Part shown: positions 20,230-29,713 of the stretch, in pieces
Numbering within the stretch: position 1 is the stretch's first letter
Layout: each line of letters starts with the position of its first letter
Assembly: GCA_963720315.1 (NCBI GenBank)
Contig: CAVRFC010000005.1
Span: 1,536,386 to 1,600,385, forward strand
Source of the DNA: an uncultured Chloroflexia bacterium
GTDB lineage: Bacteria; Chloroflexota; Limnocylindria; Limnocylindrales; CSP1-4
Reading direction: 5' to 3'
DNA length: 64,000 nt
Program-made: the position numbers and the translations under genes
The notes under the pieces: generated by a model
Told to the model about the DNA's origin: nothing
The model's input: only the letters and a program-made list of their open reading frames with translations
Database searches by the model: none

Positions 20230-20721
20230 TCAGGTCATTCGGACGGCCCGTTGTCCCTCGCCGGGCTTCCAGATGGTGATCGTCAACTGGCCATCTACGA
20301 ACTCAACCGACGAAGCGCCGCTGAGGTCGGCGACGTAGAAGGGATCGAACTTCTGGCCCCGCAGGTCGAGCCCGGCTTCCTGGAATAGATAGTCGGCGAA
20401 CCGCCGGTGCACGTCCGCGTCCTGCAGGTTCAGGGCATCGCCCCACAACTTGACGTCACCGTCACCAACGTACGGGTCGACGGTGGCCGTGTGAAGAGAG
20501 AACCGGGGATCGCGACCCAGATCTCGGAACTTCAGGGTGTTGGGCATGCCAACGAGCACCAACTGACCCTCGAAGATCCGAGGCTCCATGGGGCTGATAC
20601 GGGGATATCCATCGGAGCGAAGTGTGGCAAGGAGACACAGATTGCCGGTTGCGGTGTGCCGGCGGACGAAGACCTCGGCAATCCGCGGGGCCTCGTCGGC
20701 GAGGTCTTTCCAGGCAACCAT
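20230..20721 (-). CDS. Pyridoxamine 5'-phosphate oxidase-like (split barrel, possibly F420-dependent) protein
   Basis: LATLRSDGYPRISPME..K.RDLGRDPRFSLH. Confidence 0.8.
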   Translation of the reverse strand: MVAWKDLADEAPRIAEVFVRRHTATGNLCLLATLRSDGYPRISPMEPRIFEGQLVLVGMPNTLKFRDLGRDPRFSLHTATVDPYVGDGDVKLWGDALNLQDADVHRRFADYLFQEAGLDLRGQKFDPFYVADLSGASSVEFVDGQLTITIWKPGEGQRAVRMT

Positions 20722-20802
20722 CGACGAGAATGCTACCGGGCGCGAGCTGGGACACCTTCGGCTGAGGCGACGCCTCGGTGCCCGCCCTGAGAAACTGGTG
20801 CC

Positions 20803-22192
20803 GTGACGAAGCGGATCGTTGTCCTCGGCGGGGGATTTGCCGGCGTCAGCGCCGCGCAGGAGCTGGCGCGGCAGTTGCGCAAAGAGCACCGGCTTGCCGG
20901 TGCATCCGGCTCTAGGAGCGACGACGCGATCGAGGTCCTGCTCCTCAACCGCGATAACTATTTCGTCTTCCAGCCGCTCCTCGCCGACATCATCTCGGGC
21001 ACGATCGAGACGACCCATGTCGTCGTGCCGCTCCGGCGGATGCTGCCCGGATGCGGCGTGGAGGTCGGCTACGTCGACGGCATCGATGTCGAGGCAAAGA
21101 CGGTTCAGCTCCGGCGGCGGCTGAGCGGCCAGGTCGTCGCGGTTCACTACGATGCGCTGATCCTCGCCCTCGGTGGGGTGACGGACCTCGCGGCCGTACC
21201 CGGGATGGCGGAGCACGGCGTCGGCGTCCGCACACTCGGCGATGCGTTCTACCTGCGCAACCGTGCCCTTGACATGCTCGAGGAGGCGCGCATCGAATCG
21301 GACGCCGAACGACGCGAGCGGCTGTTGACGTTCGTGGTAGTGGGCGGTGGGTCCACCGGCGTCGAGATCGCCGCCGAGCTCAGGGATCTCGTTGAGCTCG
21401 CCGCCCGGAGTTTCGAGGACGTCCATCTCGAGCCACGGGTCGTACTTGTCCACAGCCGCCCGATCGTCCTGTCCGAGCTCGGCGAGCGCCTCGGAAGGTA
21501 CGCAACGAAGAAGCTGCGTCAGGCGGGGATCGACCTGCGGCTCAGCCGTCGCGTCGCTCGCGTCCAGGTCGATCGGGTCCAGCTCAACGACGGGACAACG
21601 ATCCCGACCGCGACGGTCGTCAGCACCGTCGGCAACGCGCCGAACCCGGCGCTCGCATCGAATTCCGGCCGCGCGAGACGGCCGGGGATGGCTGACGCCT
21701 GACGCCACCTTCGCCCTGCTCGGCGTGGAGAACGTCTGGGCGCTCGGCGATTGCGCCTCGATCATCGATCCCAAGACCGATCGGCCGATGCCGGCGACCG
21801 CCCAGCACGCGGTGCGCGAAGGCCCGCATGCCGCGCGTAACGTCCTGGCGGCGCTCGACGGCCGACAGCAGACCCCATTCGACTACGGGCAGCTCGGGAT
21901 GCTCGTCTCGGTGGGTCGGTTCAAGGCCGTCGGCGATGTCCTGGGAATCAAGGTCAGCGGCCTGCTTGGCTGGTTCTTGTGGCGAAGCTACTACCTGCTC
22001 CGACTACCAACCCTCGACCGACGGATCCGGGTCGCCATCGACTGGACGCTCGACCTGATCCTCAAGCACGACATCGTCCAGATCGGGGTGCGGCGGACGA
22101 GGGCTCGGCCGGGCGAGTCACCGGGCGAACTGGCAGGTGAGCCGGTCTCGATTGGCGCTCGCCCCGAGGCGCCCGATGAGCTGACCATGTGA
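20803..22192 (+). CDS. ndh: Type II NADH:quinone oxidoreductase family FAD enzyme (frameshift near 21660)
   Basis: IVVLGGGFAG, FQPLL, VVVGGGSTGVEIAAEL, WALGDCA..PATAQHAVREG and WFLWRSYYL. Confidence 0.85.
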
Positions 22193-22206
22193 GCCGCGCC
22201 AGTTGC

Positions 22207-23202
22207 ATGGAGCGCCGAGAAACGACGGGCAACCCATCCTTTCCTTCGGAGCCTGCGGTCGCGACCGTGATCGTCAGCACGCTGGCATCGCGGATCCGAG
22301 ACGCAGGCGTGCGCGCCGACGTAACCCGGCGCGTCGTCGCGGCGCTCGACGCCCGAGGTCATCGCGACGTAGCGGTCACCGAGGTCGCGTCCACGATCGA
22401 CGTTCGCACGGCGGCGATGGGCGCCCTTGAGCGACGGTCCTCCATGATCGTCTTGGCCGGCGGGGACGGGACCATCCGCGACGCCGCTGGCGTCCTCGCT
22501 GGGACCGGGATCGCTGTTGGGATTCTGCCGTGCGGGACGGGCAACCTGTATGCCTCCTCGATAGGAGTGTCCCGAGACCTTCGTCGTGCCCTGACGACGC
22601 TATCGACCGGGTCACCACAGGCATTCGACACGGGTGAGGTGCGGCTTGGCCCACTGCGGCCGACTTGGGAACCCGGTTCACCGCCCGCAATGCCCTTCAT
22701 CGTCGCCTGCGGGACCGGGTTCGATGCGCGACTCATCGCCGCCACCTCGTTCGAGATGAAGCGAAGGTTCGGCGTGGCTGCCTACTTCCTCGCCGCGGCG
22801 CGCCTGCTCGAACACTTCACTGCGAAGCCCACGACGTTGACGATCGACGACGAGAGGACCGAGCTGGAAGCGGTCGTCGTCCTGGTCGCGAATTGCGGCG
22901 AAGTCATCCCCAGCCGCCTGCGCCCGCGCCTGGCGATCGACCCAGGCGACGGCCTGCTCCACGTCTTCGTGCTGCCAAAAGGCGGCGTCGTTCGTGGCCT
23001 TCGAGGCGCACTTGAACTGATGATGGCGGAGGCCGCCGGCGTTTCGCCCTCGGGTTCAGCCCTGCGTCTTGTCGGCCGGCGAGTCCAAGTTGAGGTCCAC
23101 CCGGCCCAGCCCAATGAGATCGACGGAGACCCATTTGGTGCGGGGTCGCTTGATGCTCGCATCCGTCCGGGTGCGCTCTCGGTCCTGGTTCGGGCCCCGT
23201 GA
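22207..23202 (+). CDS. Diacylglycerol/lipid kinase family protein
   Basis: LAGGDGT, ILPCGTGN, GTGFDA and EIDGD. Confidence 0.85.
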   Translation: MERRETTGNPSFPSEPAVATVIVSTLASRIRDAGVRADVTRRVVAALDARGHRDVAVTEVASTIDVRTAAMGALERRSSMIVLAGGDGTIRDAAGVLAGTGIAVGILPCGTGNLYASSIGVSRDLRRALTTLSTGSPQAFDTGEVRLGPLRPTWEPGSPPAMPFIVACGTGFDARLIAATSFEMKRRFGVAAYFLAAARLLEHFTAKPTTLTIDDERTELEAVVVLVANCGEVIPSRLRPRLAIDPGDGLLHVFVLPKGGVVRGLRGALELMMAEAAGVSPSGSALRLVGRRVQVEVHPAQPNEIDGDPFGAGSLDARIRPGALSVLVRAP

Positions 23203-23219
23203 TCTTTCGGCGGCCGACT

Positions 23220-23681
23220 TCATCGAAGTGGGTGGAGTTCGAAGACAGGTCGGCCCTCGGCCGCCTCAAGCGGACGGTTGAGATCGACCCCATCGACGAT
23301 TCGAATGAACGAGACGCCGAACGGGATGCTTCGCGCGAACGGGCCGAGGACGTCGCGAAAGAACCCGACGCGCTCCGTCGGGCCCAGCTCGGTCGCACGG
23401 ACCTCCTCCTTCTTGCCTCGCACGGCGATCGTCGCGACGCCGGCAGCGCGCAGGTTGAGCACCCAATGGACCTCGCCCCAGGGCGCCCAGACCCAACGCC
23501 TGCCAGAGGCCTCGAGGACCGCAATGGCCGCGGTGCGCGGCAGGCCGCTCTTCCGGCCGCGAATCGTGACGAGCCGGTTGTAGCCCAGCGGAACACCGAG
23601 GACCAACAGGAACTTCAGGATCGGACTGAAGATCGAGACGGACCGTGGGACGCGGGCGGCGCGGTCCACTTGACTGCTCAT
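23220..23681 (-). CDS. Deazaflavin (F420)-dependent nitroreductase-family oxidoreductase
   Basis: TIRGRKSGLPRT, WVLNLRAAG and PVFEL. Confidence 0.8.
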   Translation of the reverse strand: MSSQVDRAARVPRSVSIFSPILKFLLVLGVPLGYNRLVTIRGRKSGLPRTAAIAVLEASGRRWVWAPWGEVHWVLNLRAAGVATIAVRGKKEEVRATELGPTERVGFFRDVLGPFARSIPFGVSFIRIVDGVDLNRPLEAAEGRPVFELHPLR

Positions 23682-23727
23682 GTGCGTAGCTCCTTCTTGC
23701 GTAGATTCAATCAGGGATCTACACAGG

Positions 23728-23754
23728 GACCCGCGCGAGGACGCGAACGTGACT
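23728..23754 (-). promoter_or_regulatory. ECF41-type promoter of the nitroreductase gene
   Basis: Minus strand AGTCACG-N16-GGTC, matching the promoter upstream of the sigma gene. Confidence 0.55.
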
Positions 23755-23776
23755 GCCAACCGAAGGACGCGTCCCC

Positions 23777-24658
23777 TCAGTCGGCGACCGTGAGATCCAA
23801 CTGGCCGAGCCGGTCCGGATCCGCAAGGATGTCGATCGCGACGATCTTCTCGCCCTTGACCGTCAAGGCCACGACCGCAAACGGACTGCCGTCGGGCGCC
23901 CAGGCAACGCCGCCGGGTATCCCGTTGACGAGGATCCGCGTCGCCGTCTCGGCGAACCGGCGGAACGTCATCGCCCCCTCGGCAACGGCCTGCGCGCCGC
24001 GGAGCAGCGTGACCAGATCCGGACGCGCTGCCCCGCCGTCGGAGCGCAGCACGACCTCGGGGTCGAGGACGGCGAGGAGGCGTTCGAAGTCACCGTCACG
24101 CGCCGCAGCAAGGAAGGCGTCGACGACGGCCCATTGCCCATCAAGATCGACGTCGGGCACGGGCGCACCCCGGACGCGGCGACGGGCGCGGCTCGCGAGT
24201 TGCCGCGCCGCGGTCGGAGTTCGGCCGACGATCGGTGCGATCTCGTCGAACGGCACGGCGAAGACGTCGTGCAGCACGAAGGCGACCCGTTCCGCGGGCG
24301 TCAGGGAGTCGAGGACAACGAGCATTGCGAGTCCGACTGAATCGCCCAGCAAGGCCTCCTGCTCGGGACTGATTCCCGCCTCCGGGCTAAGGATGGGATC
24401 CGGAACATGGGTCTCCAGGGACGCTTCGCGGCGCGTCTTGCGCGATCGCAACATGTTGAGGCAGACCCGTCCGACGACCGTCGTCAGCCACGCCCGCAGG
24501 TTGTCGACATCGCTCGTGTCGGTGCGGCTCAGGCGGATCCAGGATTCCTGGACGGCGTCGTCCGCCTCGGTCAGGGAACCGAGCATCCGGAAGGCGACGC
24601 CGCGCAAGTGGGAGCGGTTTGCCTCGAAGCGGTCGGCGAGCCAGTCCTGGTCGTCCAC
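23777..24658 (-). CDS. ECF41/SigJ-family sigma factor with C-terminal SnoaL-like domain
   Basis: AFRMLGSLTEADDAVQE, ERVAFVLHDVF, RQLASRARRRV, SDGG and DPDRL. Confidence 0.9.
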   Translation of the reverse strand: MDDQDWLADRFEANRSHLRGVAFRMLGSLTEADDAVQESWIRLSRTDTSDVDNLRAWLTTVVGRVCLNMLRSRKTRREASLETHVPDPILSPEAGISPEQEALLGDSVGLAMLVVLDSLTPAERVAFVLHDVFAVPFDEIAPIVGRTPTAARQLASRARRRVRGAPVPDVDLDGQWAVVDAFLAAARDGDFERLLAVLDPEVVLRSDGGAARPDLVTLLRGAQAVAEGAMTFRRFAETATRILVNGIPGGVAWAPDGSPFAVVALTVKGEKIVAIDILADPDRLGQLDLTVAD

Positions 24659-24694
24659 GGGTCACACTCGTGCGGTTGGTCGGATCATGTCATT

Positions 24695-24721
24695 GACCCG
24701 CGAGCCCGCTTTCATGTGACA
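24695..24721 (-). promoter_or_regulatory. ECF41-type autoregulatory promoter
   Basis: Minus strand TGTCACA-N16-GGTC (ECF41 consensus TGTCACA-N16-CGTC). Confidence 0.6.
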
Positions 24722-24797
24722 AGGACAGCGATCGCACTCTTTCGTTGCGGCCAACCGATCCGGCAGCGCTCATGGCCCTCGCAGGCGTTTCGGTGAC

Positions 24798-24861
24798 TGT
24801 CAAGAACACTTGACATCGTGTATGGCTCACTATACATTGGCCGTGTCAAAGAGGCTTTACA
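24798..24861 (+). promoter_or_regulatory. Sigma70 promoter with three 18-bp operators, same architecture as 7801-7864
   Basis: TGTCAAGAACACTTGACA (24798), TGTATGGCTCACTATACA (24819) and TGTCAAAGAGGCTTTACA (24844); TTGACA-N17-TACATT. Confidence 0.7.
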
Positions 24862-24959
24862 TGGGAGCTGGGGGTTGGATCCCTGGCCTGAGTCGCAATC
24901 GGCCTGCCGGAGCGTTCAACTTGCCCCGGCGAGACAGTCCAGTACGCAGGAGAGAGACC

Positions 24960-25523
24960 ATGAAGGCGGTCCAGGATGACCACGGCTCGACCAACGCCGT
25001 CGAACGCGCTGACGTCGACACGCCGATCGTCGGCGACGATGACGCGCTGCTCCGTGAGCCCGAACGACCGCCGCGACTGCCGCCGCGCTGGTTCATCCGC
25101 TCCTTCTGGGTGGTCCATCGTGCCCTCTACTCGGTCACCCGGGGCAGGCTCGGCCTCCGGCGAGCGAAGGTCGATCAATGGGGCATGCTTCGAATCAGGA
25201 CGGTCGGGCGCCGGACGGGAGCGGAGCGGACGGCCATCCTCGGCTACCTCGAGGATGGTCCCAATCTGACCACGCTGGCGATGAACGGGTGGGCCGACCC
25301 GGAGCCTGCGTGGTGGCTCAACCTGCAGGCGAACCCCCACGCCAGGATCGACCTAGCAGGTGGATCGCGCAGCGTCGACGCCCGTGCAGCAGAGGGGGAG
25401 GAGCGGGCGCGTTTGTGGGCCATGTGGGTTGGCCTGGGCGACGGGACGGACGCTTACGCCGCCAGGCGATCAAGGGAGACGGCGGTCGTCATCCTGGAGC
25501 CACGGCCCGAAGCCGAGACGTGA
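24960..25523 (+). CDS. F420-dependent nitroreductase (DDN-like) with an MDR-derived N-terminal stub
   Basis: RTVGRRTGAER..MNGWADPEPAWWLNLQANP; first ~32 aa resemble MDR N-termini. Confidence 0.8.
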   Translation: MKAVQDDHGSTNAVERADVDTPIVGDDDALLREPERPPRLPPRWFIRSFWVVHRALYSVTRGRLGLRRAKVDQWGMLRIRTVGRRTGAERTAILGYLEDGPNLTTLAMNGWADPEPAWWLNLQANPHARIDLAGGSRSVDARAAEGEERARLWAMWVGLGDGTDAYAARRSRETAVVILEPRPEAET

Positions 25524-25891
25524 ACCCCAGGTGACGTCATTCGTTCAGGTGACCCGTGGCGCCGGATGGGCTCGCGGCTCGGCCGGCCCTTCCGGCCCGG
25601 TGTTGCCCACACGCACCGACATTGCAACGCCGCCCGTCGATGCGGTTGAGCGTGATGCGGGCTCGGCTTCGGGCAGTCCGGCGGGCATTGATCATGCGCG
25701 GGCGGAGTCAGGTGAACGTCATTCGTCACGGAGCCGGATATTCCCATATCCTCCGTGGACCGCCCGAGGTCAGGATCGGGGTCGAAGGCGCTCGACGGTT
25801 TTGCTCGGACGCTTCGATCCAGGTCAGGCCGAGCGCGCAGGGTCGTCCTCGACGGCCGACGGATCCGGCGCCACTGGGGGCGGGGAGGCAA

Positions 25892-28777
25892 ATGAACATC
25901 GCCAAGGACGGGTCCATGCGGGCTAGGAGCAGGCGAAGCCTGCTGGGACTCGTGGTCGGCGGAGCCATGTTCGCTGGTGTCCCCGTTGCGAACGCATCGC
26001 CATCCATGCAGCCGGCGCCGGCGCCGGCTGCCGACAGCCGGTCGGACCTGCCCGAGCTCCCCGTCGACATGCGCGATTCGGATCGGAAATCCGAGGCGAT
26101 AACGCGCACCGATCGCGTGGTCGTTCGCTGGTCCGCCCACCCAACAGCGGAGAAGGCCGGCGCTTCCTCGCGGATCGCGGTCCTTTCACGTGCGAGCGGC
26201 CGAGAAGCGGCATTCGTTCGTATTACCGGGTCCGGCGCGGCAATCTACGATCTTGGTGCGCCACTCGGCCGTGACGCAGGGCGCATCTTCGAGGCGATTG
26301 GTCAGATACCGGATGTGAGTGCCGTTGAGCCTGACCTCTGGCTAACCGCGGACACCCTACCGAACGATCCGCTTTCCGCCTCCTTGTGGGGACTCCTCGG
26401 CGCCGCCGACGGGTCCCCGTACGGGATCGATGCGGGCGGCGCGTGGGGGACCACGACTGGCGAAGGAGTTGTCGTCGCGGTGATCGACACCGGGCTCGTC
26501 GCCCACGTCGACCTCGGCGGCCAAGCTGTCGCCGGCTACGACATGATCGCGGAGGTCGCGACGGCCAACGACGGCAACGGCCGCGATGGCGATGCGTCCG
26601 ACCCGGGCGATTGGTGCGGCACCGACCCGTCCTCCTGGCACGGAACGCACGTCGCCGGAACAATCGCCGCGTTGGCCAACAACGGGATCGGCGTCTTCGG
26701 CGGGGCGCCGGGTGTCAGGATCCAGCCGGTTCGTGCGCTCGGCACCTGCGGCGGCTACGACTCTGACATTTCCGACGGGATCCGCTGGGCCGCAGGCGGC
26801 AGCGTCCCAGGCGTCGCGCCCAACCCGACGCCGGCGCGGGTGCTCAACCTCTCGCTCGGCGGAAGCAGCCCAACCTGCCCGGCCGAGCTGTCATCGGCGA
26901 TCTCGGATGCGCGGAGTCGTGGGGCTGTCGTCGTCGTATCGGCGGGCAATGACGCGACAAACGCGAGCCTCGCGACACCCGCCAACTGCCCGGGGGTAAT
27001 CACCGTGGCCGCCACCGGTCAGACCGGGCGACGGGCGTCCTTTTCGAACTACGGAGCCGTCGTTGAGATGGCCGGACCTGGTGTCTCGATCCTGAGCACG
27101 ATCAATTCTGGCACGACCGTCCCGGCGGGTGCGACGTATGACGACTACGAGGGGACATCGATGGCGGCGCCTCACGTTGCTCTCACCGCGGCACTTGTTG
27201 CTGCGGCGGCGCCGACGCTGACGCCAGCGGAGATCGAGGCGGTGCTCGCTGCGACCTCCACGCCTTTCGCCTCCGATGCTTCTGGCACTGGCTGCGCGGC
27301 CCTGGGCTGCGGCGTCGGCATCGTGAATGCAGGGAGTGCCGTCGATTCCCTCCCAGCTCAATCGGTCCCCGGTGCCCCGACGGCCGTAGCCGCCACGCCC
27401 GCTGACGCCTCGGCGCTCGTCGCCTGGACCGCCCCGGCCTCGGGTAGCAGTCCGATCACCTCATATACCGTCACCAGCGCTCCGGGGGGCAAGACCTGCA
27501 CGACCAACAACCTCAATTGCATCGTCACCGATCTGACGAACGGGACGCCTTACACGTTCAGGGTCACCGCCACCAACACGGTCGGGACCGGACCATCCTC
27601 GCTAGCCTCGACTGCCGTTATCCCGATGGCGCTACACGAACCCGGCGCCGTGTACGTCCCGTTGAGCCCGGTCCGCCTGCTCGACAGCCGGTTCGGCAAC
27701 GGCCTGACCGGGACGTTCAAGACCGGCATCGTCCGGACGGTCATCGTCGCTGGCCGGGGCGGAGTGCCGGCCCACGCCCTCGCGGTCACCGGCAACCTGA
27801 CCGTGACCGGTCAGACGAGCGCCGGCTACGTCAGCGTCGGTCCGACGATGGTCCCGAATCCGGCGACCTCGACGCTCAACGCGCCGCGGGCTGACACCCG
27901 GGCCAACGGGCTGACCGTCAAGTTGTCGTCGAGCGGCAGGCTGGCCGCCGTCTGGACCGGCAGCCCGGCCTCGACGACCCACCTCATCTTCGACGTCACG
28001 GGCTACTTCACCGAGACCGGATCCGGCGCCGTGTACGTCCCGTTGAGCCCGGTCCGCCTGCTCGACAGCCGGTTCGGCAACGGCCTGACCGGGACGTTCA
28101 AGACCGGCATCGTCCGGACGGTCATCGTGGCTGGCCGGGGCGGAGTGCCGGCCCACGCCCTCGCGGTCACCGGCAACCTGACCGTGACCGGTCAGACGAG
28201 CGCCGGCTACGTCAGCGTCGGTCCGACGATGGTCCCGAATCCGGCGACCTCGACGCTCAACGCGCCGCGGGCTGACACCCGGGCCAACGGGCTGACCGTC
28301 AAGTTGTCGTCGAGCGGCAGGCTGGCCGCCGTCTGGACCGGCAGCCCGGCCTCGACGACCCACCTCATCTTCGACGTCACGGGCTACTTCACCGAGACCG
28401 GATCCGGCGCCGTGTACGTCCCGTTGAGCCCGGTCCGCCTGCTCGACAGCCGGTTCGGCAACGGCCTGACCGGGACGTTCAAGACCGGCATCGTCCGGAC
28501 GGTCATCGTGGCTGGCCGGGGCGGAGTGCCGGCCCACGCCCTCGCGGTCACCGGCAACCTGACCGTGACCGGTCAGACGAGCGCCGGCTACGTCAGCGTC
28601 GGTCCGACGATGGTCCCGAATCCGGCGACCTCGACGCTCAACGCGCCGCGGGCTGACACCCGGGCCAACGGGCTGACCGTCAAGTTGTCGTCGAGCGGCA
28701 GGCTGGCCGCCGTCTGGACCGGCAGCCCGGCCTCGACGACCCACCTCATCTTCGACGTCACGGGCTACTTTCGCTGA
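25892..28777 (+). CDS. Secreted S8 subtilase with FN3 domain and three C-terminal ~127-aa repeats
   Basis: Signal peptide; VAVIDTG, HGTHVAG and GTSMAAPHV triad; FN3 (WTAP..YTFRVTATN); repeats beginning GAVYVPLSPVRLLDSR. Confidence 0.9.
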   Translation: MNIAKDGSMRARSRRSLLGLVVGGAMFAGVPVANASPSMQPAPAPAADSRSDLPELPVDMRDSDRKSEAITRTDRVVVRWSAHPTAEKAGASSRIAVLSRASGREAAFVRITGSGAAIYDLGAPLGRDAGRIFEAIGQIPDVSAVEPDLWLTADTLPNDPLSASLWGLLGAADGSPYGIDAGGAWGTTTGEGVVVAVIDTGLVAHVDLGGQAVAGYDMIAEVATANDGNGRDGDASDPGDWCGTDPSSWHGTHVAGTIAALANNGIGVFGGAPGVRIQPVRALGTCGGYDSDISDGIRWAAGGSVPGVAPNPTPARVLNLSLGGSSPTCPAELSSAISDARSRGAVVVVSAGNDATNASLATPANCPGVITVAATGQTGRRASFSNYGAVVEMAGPGVSILSTINSGTTVPAGATYDDYEGTSMAAPHVALTAALVAAAAPTLTPAEIEAVLAATSTPFASDASGTGCAALGCGVGIVNAGSAVDSLPAQSVPGAPTAVAATPADASALVAWTAPASGSSPITSYTVTSAPGGKTCTTNNLNCIVTDLTNGTPYTFRVTATNTVGTGPSSLASTAVIPMALHEPGAVYVPLSPVRLLDSRFGNGLTGTFKTGIVRTVIVAGRGGVPAHALAVTGNLTVTGQTSAGYVSVGPTMVPNPATSTLNAPRADTRANGLTVKLSSSGRLAAVWTGSPASTTHLIFDVTGYFTETGSGAVYVPLSPVRLLDSRFGNGLTGTFKTGIVRTVIVAGRGGVPAHALAVTGNLTVTGQTSAGYVSVGPTMVPNPATSTLNAPRADTRANGLTVKLSSSGRLAAVWTGSPASTTHLIFDVTGYFTETGSGAVYVPLSPVRLLDSRFGNGLTGTFKTGIVRTVIVAGRGGVPAHALAVTGNLTVTGQTSAGYVSVGPTMVPNPATSTLNAPRADTRANGLTVKLSSSGRLAAVWTGSPASTTHLIFDVTGYFR
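27642..28770 (+). repeat. Three tandem 381-bp in-frame repeats
   Basis: Units start at 27642, 28023 and 28404; by eye they differ at one synonymous base. Confidence 0.95.
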
Positions 28778-28802
28778 CAATTCGGGGCCGACATCTCGTT
28801 TG

Positions 28803-28824
28803 TTGGCTGGCGAGGAAGGATTCG
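28803..28824 (-). mobile_element. tRNA 3'-end fragment (tRNA-Gln-like), att-like scar 1
   Basis: Minus strand CGAATCCTTCCTCGCCAGCCA = T-loop, T-stem, acceptor strand, G73 and CCA; identical 22-mer at 33740. Confidence 0.65.
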
Positions 28825-28829
28825 GGAAG

Positions 28830-29211
28830 TCAGGTCAGCGCCGGCACCGCCGCTTGACAGGCGTCGTCACTGCGGCCGGTCGACTCCTTGACGAGCGTGA
28901 ACGCCAGTTCTGAGTCGTTGCTCGGGTCACCAGGGGTGCCGTTGTGATCGATGAGCATTTCGAATCGGATCTGGCCCGGACTGCGGGCAATGGCGCGCCC
29001 GTCCGGCCCGTACAGCGTGAAGTTGCCCGTTGCCAGGACGAGGATGGTGATCGTGCGGTCCCCGGTGTCGGTGACGTGAAGGTCCTTCTGCACCGACCGT
29101 TCGTCGTCGGTGAGCGTCCGGCCGTTGGCTAGGTTGGTCAGTTTTGGTGCGGTGGACGTCTTCCATTAAGAGGAGCGCCCGGAGGATCCAGAGGACGAGA
29201 TTCGCGTCCAA
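28830..29211 (-). pseudogene. Chimeric remnant: short hydrophobic N-terminal stub joined to the C-terminal half of another protein
   Basis: MDANLVLWILRALL (DoxX-like start), then a frameshift into LTNLANGRTLT..KDLHVTD..ESTGRSDDAC. Confidence 0.5.
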
Positions 29212-29214
29212 GGC

Positions 29215-29631
29215 TCAGACGGGCAGGAGCGCGGCGACCACGCCGACGATGACACCGACGGCGAGCGCCCACAGACCGATCTGGCGCGATCGGCGCCGAT
29301 CCATCGCCATCGCCTCGGGATCCGCGACCGTTGCCGACTCACCCACCGCGCCGAAGTTGAAGATCCCACGTGACCCGAATCCCGCGCAGAACTTCAGCTG
29401 TGCCTGGATATAGCCGGAGGCTGATGCGGCCGCGGGCAGGACCATCAGCAGGCGCGTGACCGGCGGGGCGCCGATGACGATAAGGAATGCCAGCAGACCG
29501 AGCGTCGCGATCAGCCCGACGTGACCCGCCATGCGACGTCGGGCGATCTCGGCCGGTCCGATGTTGCACACCCCTGGTCGGTATTCGCTGGATGCGTTGC
29601 CGGTCTGCAAGGCGAAGGTCGAGATCGTCAT
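29215..29631 (-). CDS. Hypothetical membrane protein (YRPGVCNIG family)
   Basis: AAGGAG RBS; three TM helices; CNIG and FCAGFG motifs. Confidence 0.7.
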   Translation of the reverse strand: MTISTFALQTGNASSEYRPGVCNIGPAEIARRRMAGHVGLIATLGLLAFLIVIGAPPVTRLLMVLPAAASASGYIQAQLKFCAGFGSRGIFNFGAVGESATVADPEAMAMDRRRSRQIGLWALAVGVIVGVVAALLPV

Positions 29632-29713
29632 TCGTTGCTCCTTGCTGCTTGGGATGCGCGAGGCGCAGGCGTCGTCGGCTGGCGTTTGGGTCTTCTCCGT
29701 CCCTCTCCATGAG

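Noticed and set aside
27642-28770. Long tandem repeats as a CRISPR array or DGR template/variable pair
   Set aside because: Units are 381 bp, in frame and contiguous with no spacers, no adenine-specific variation, and no cas or reverse transcriptase gene
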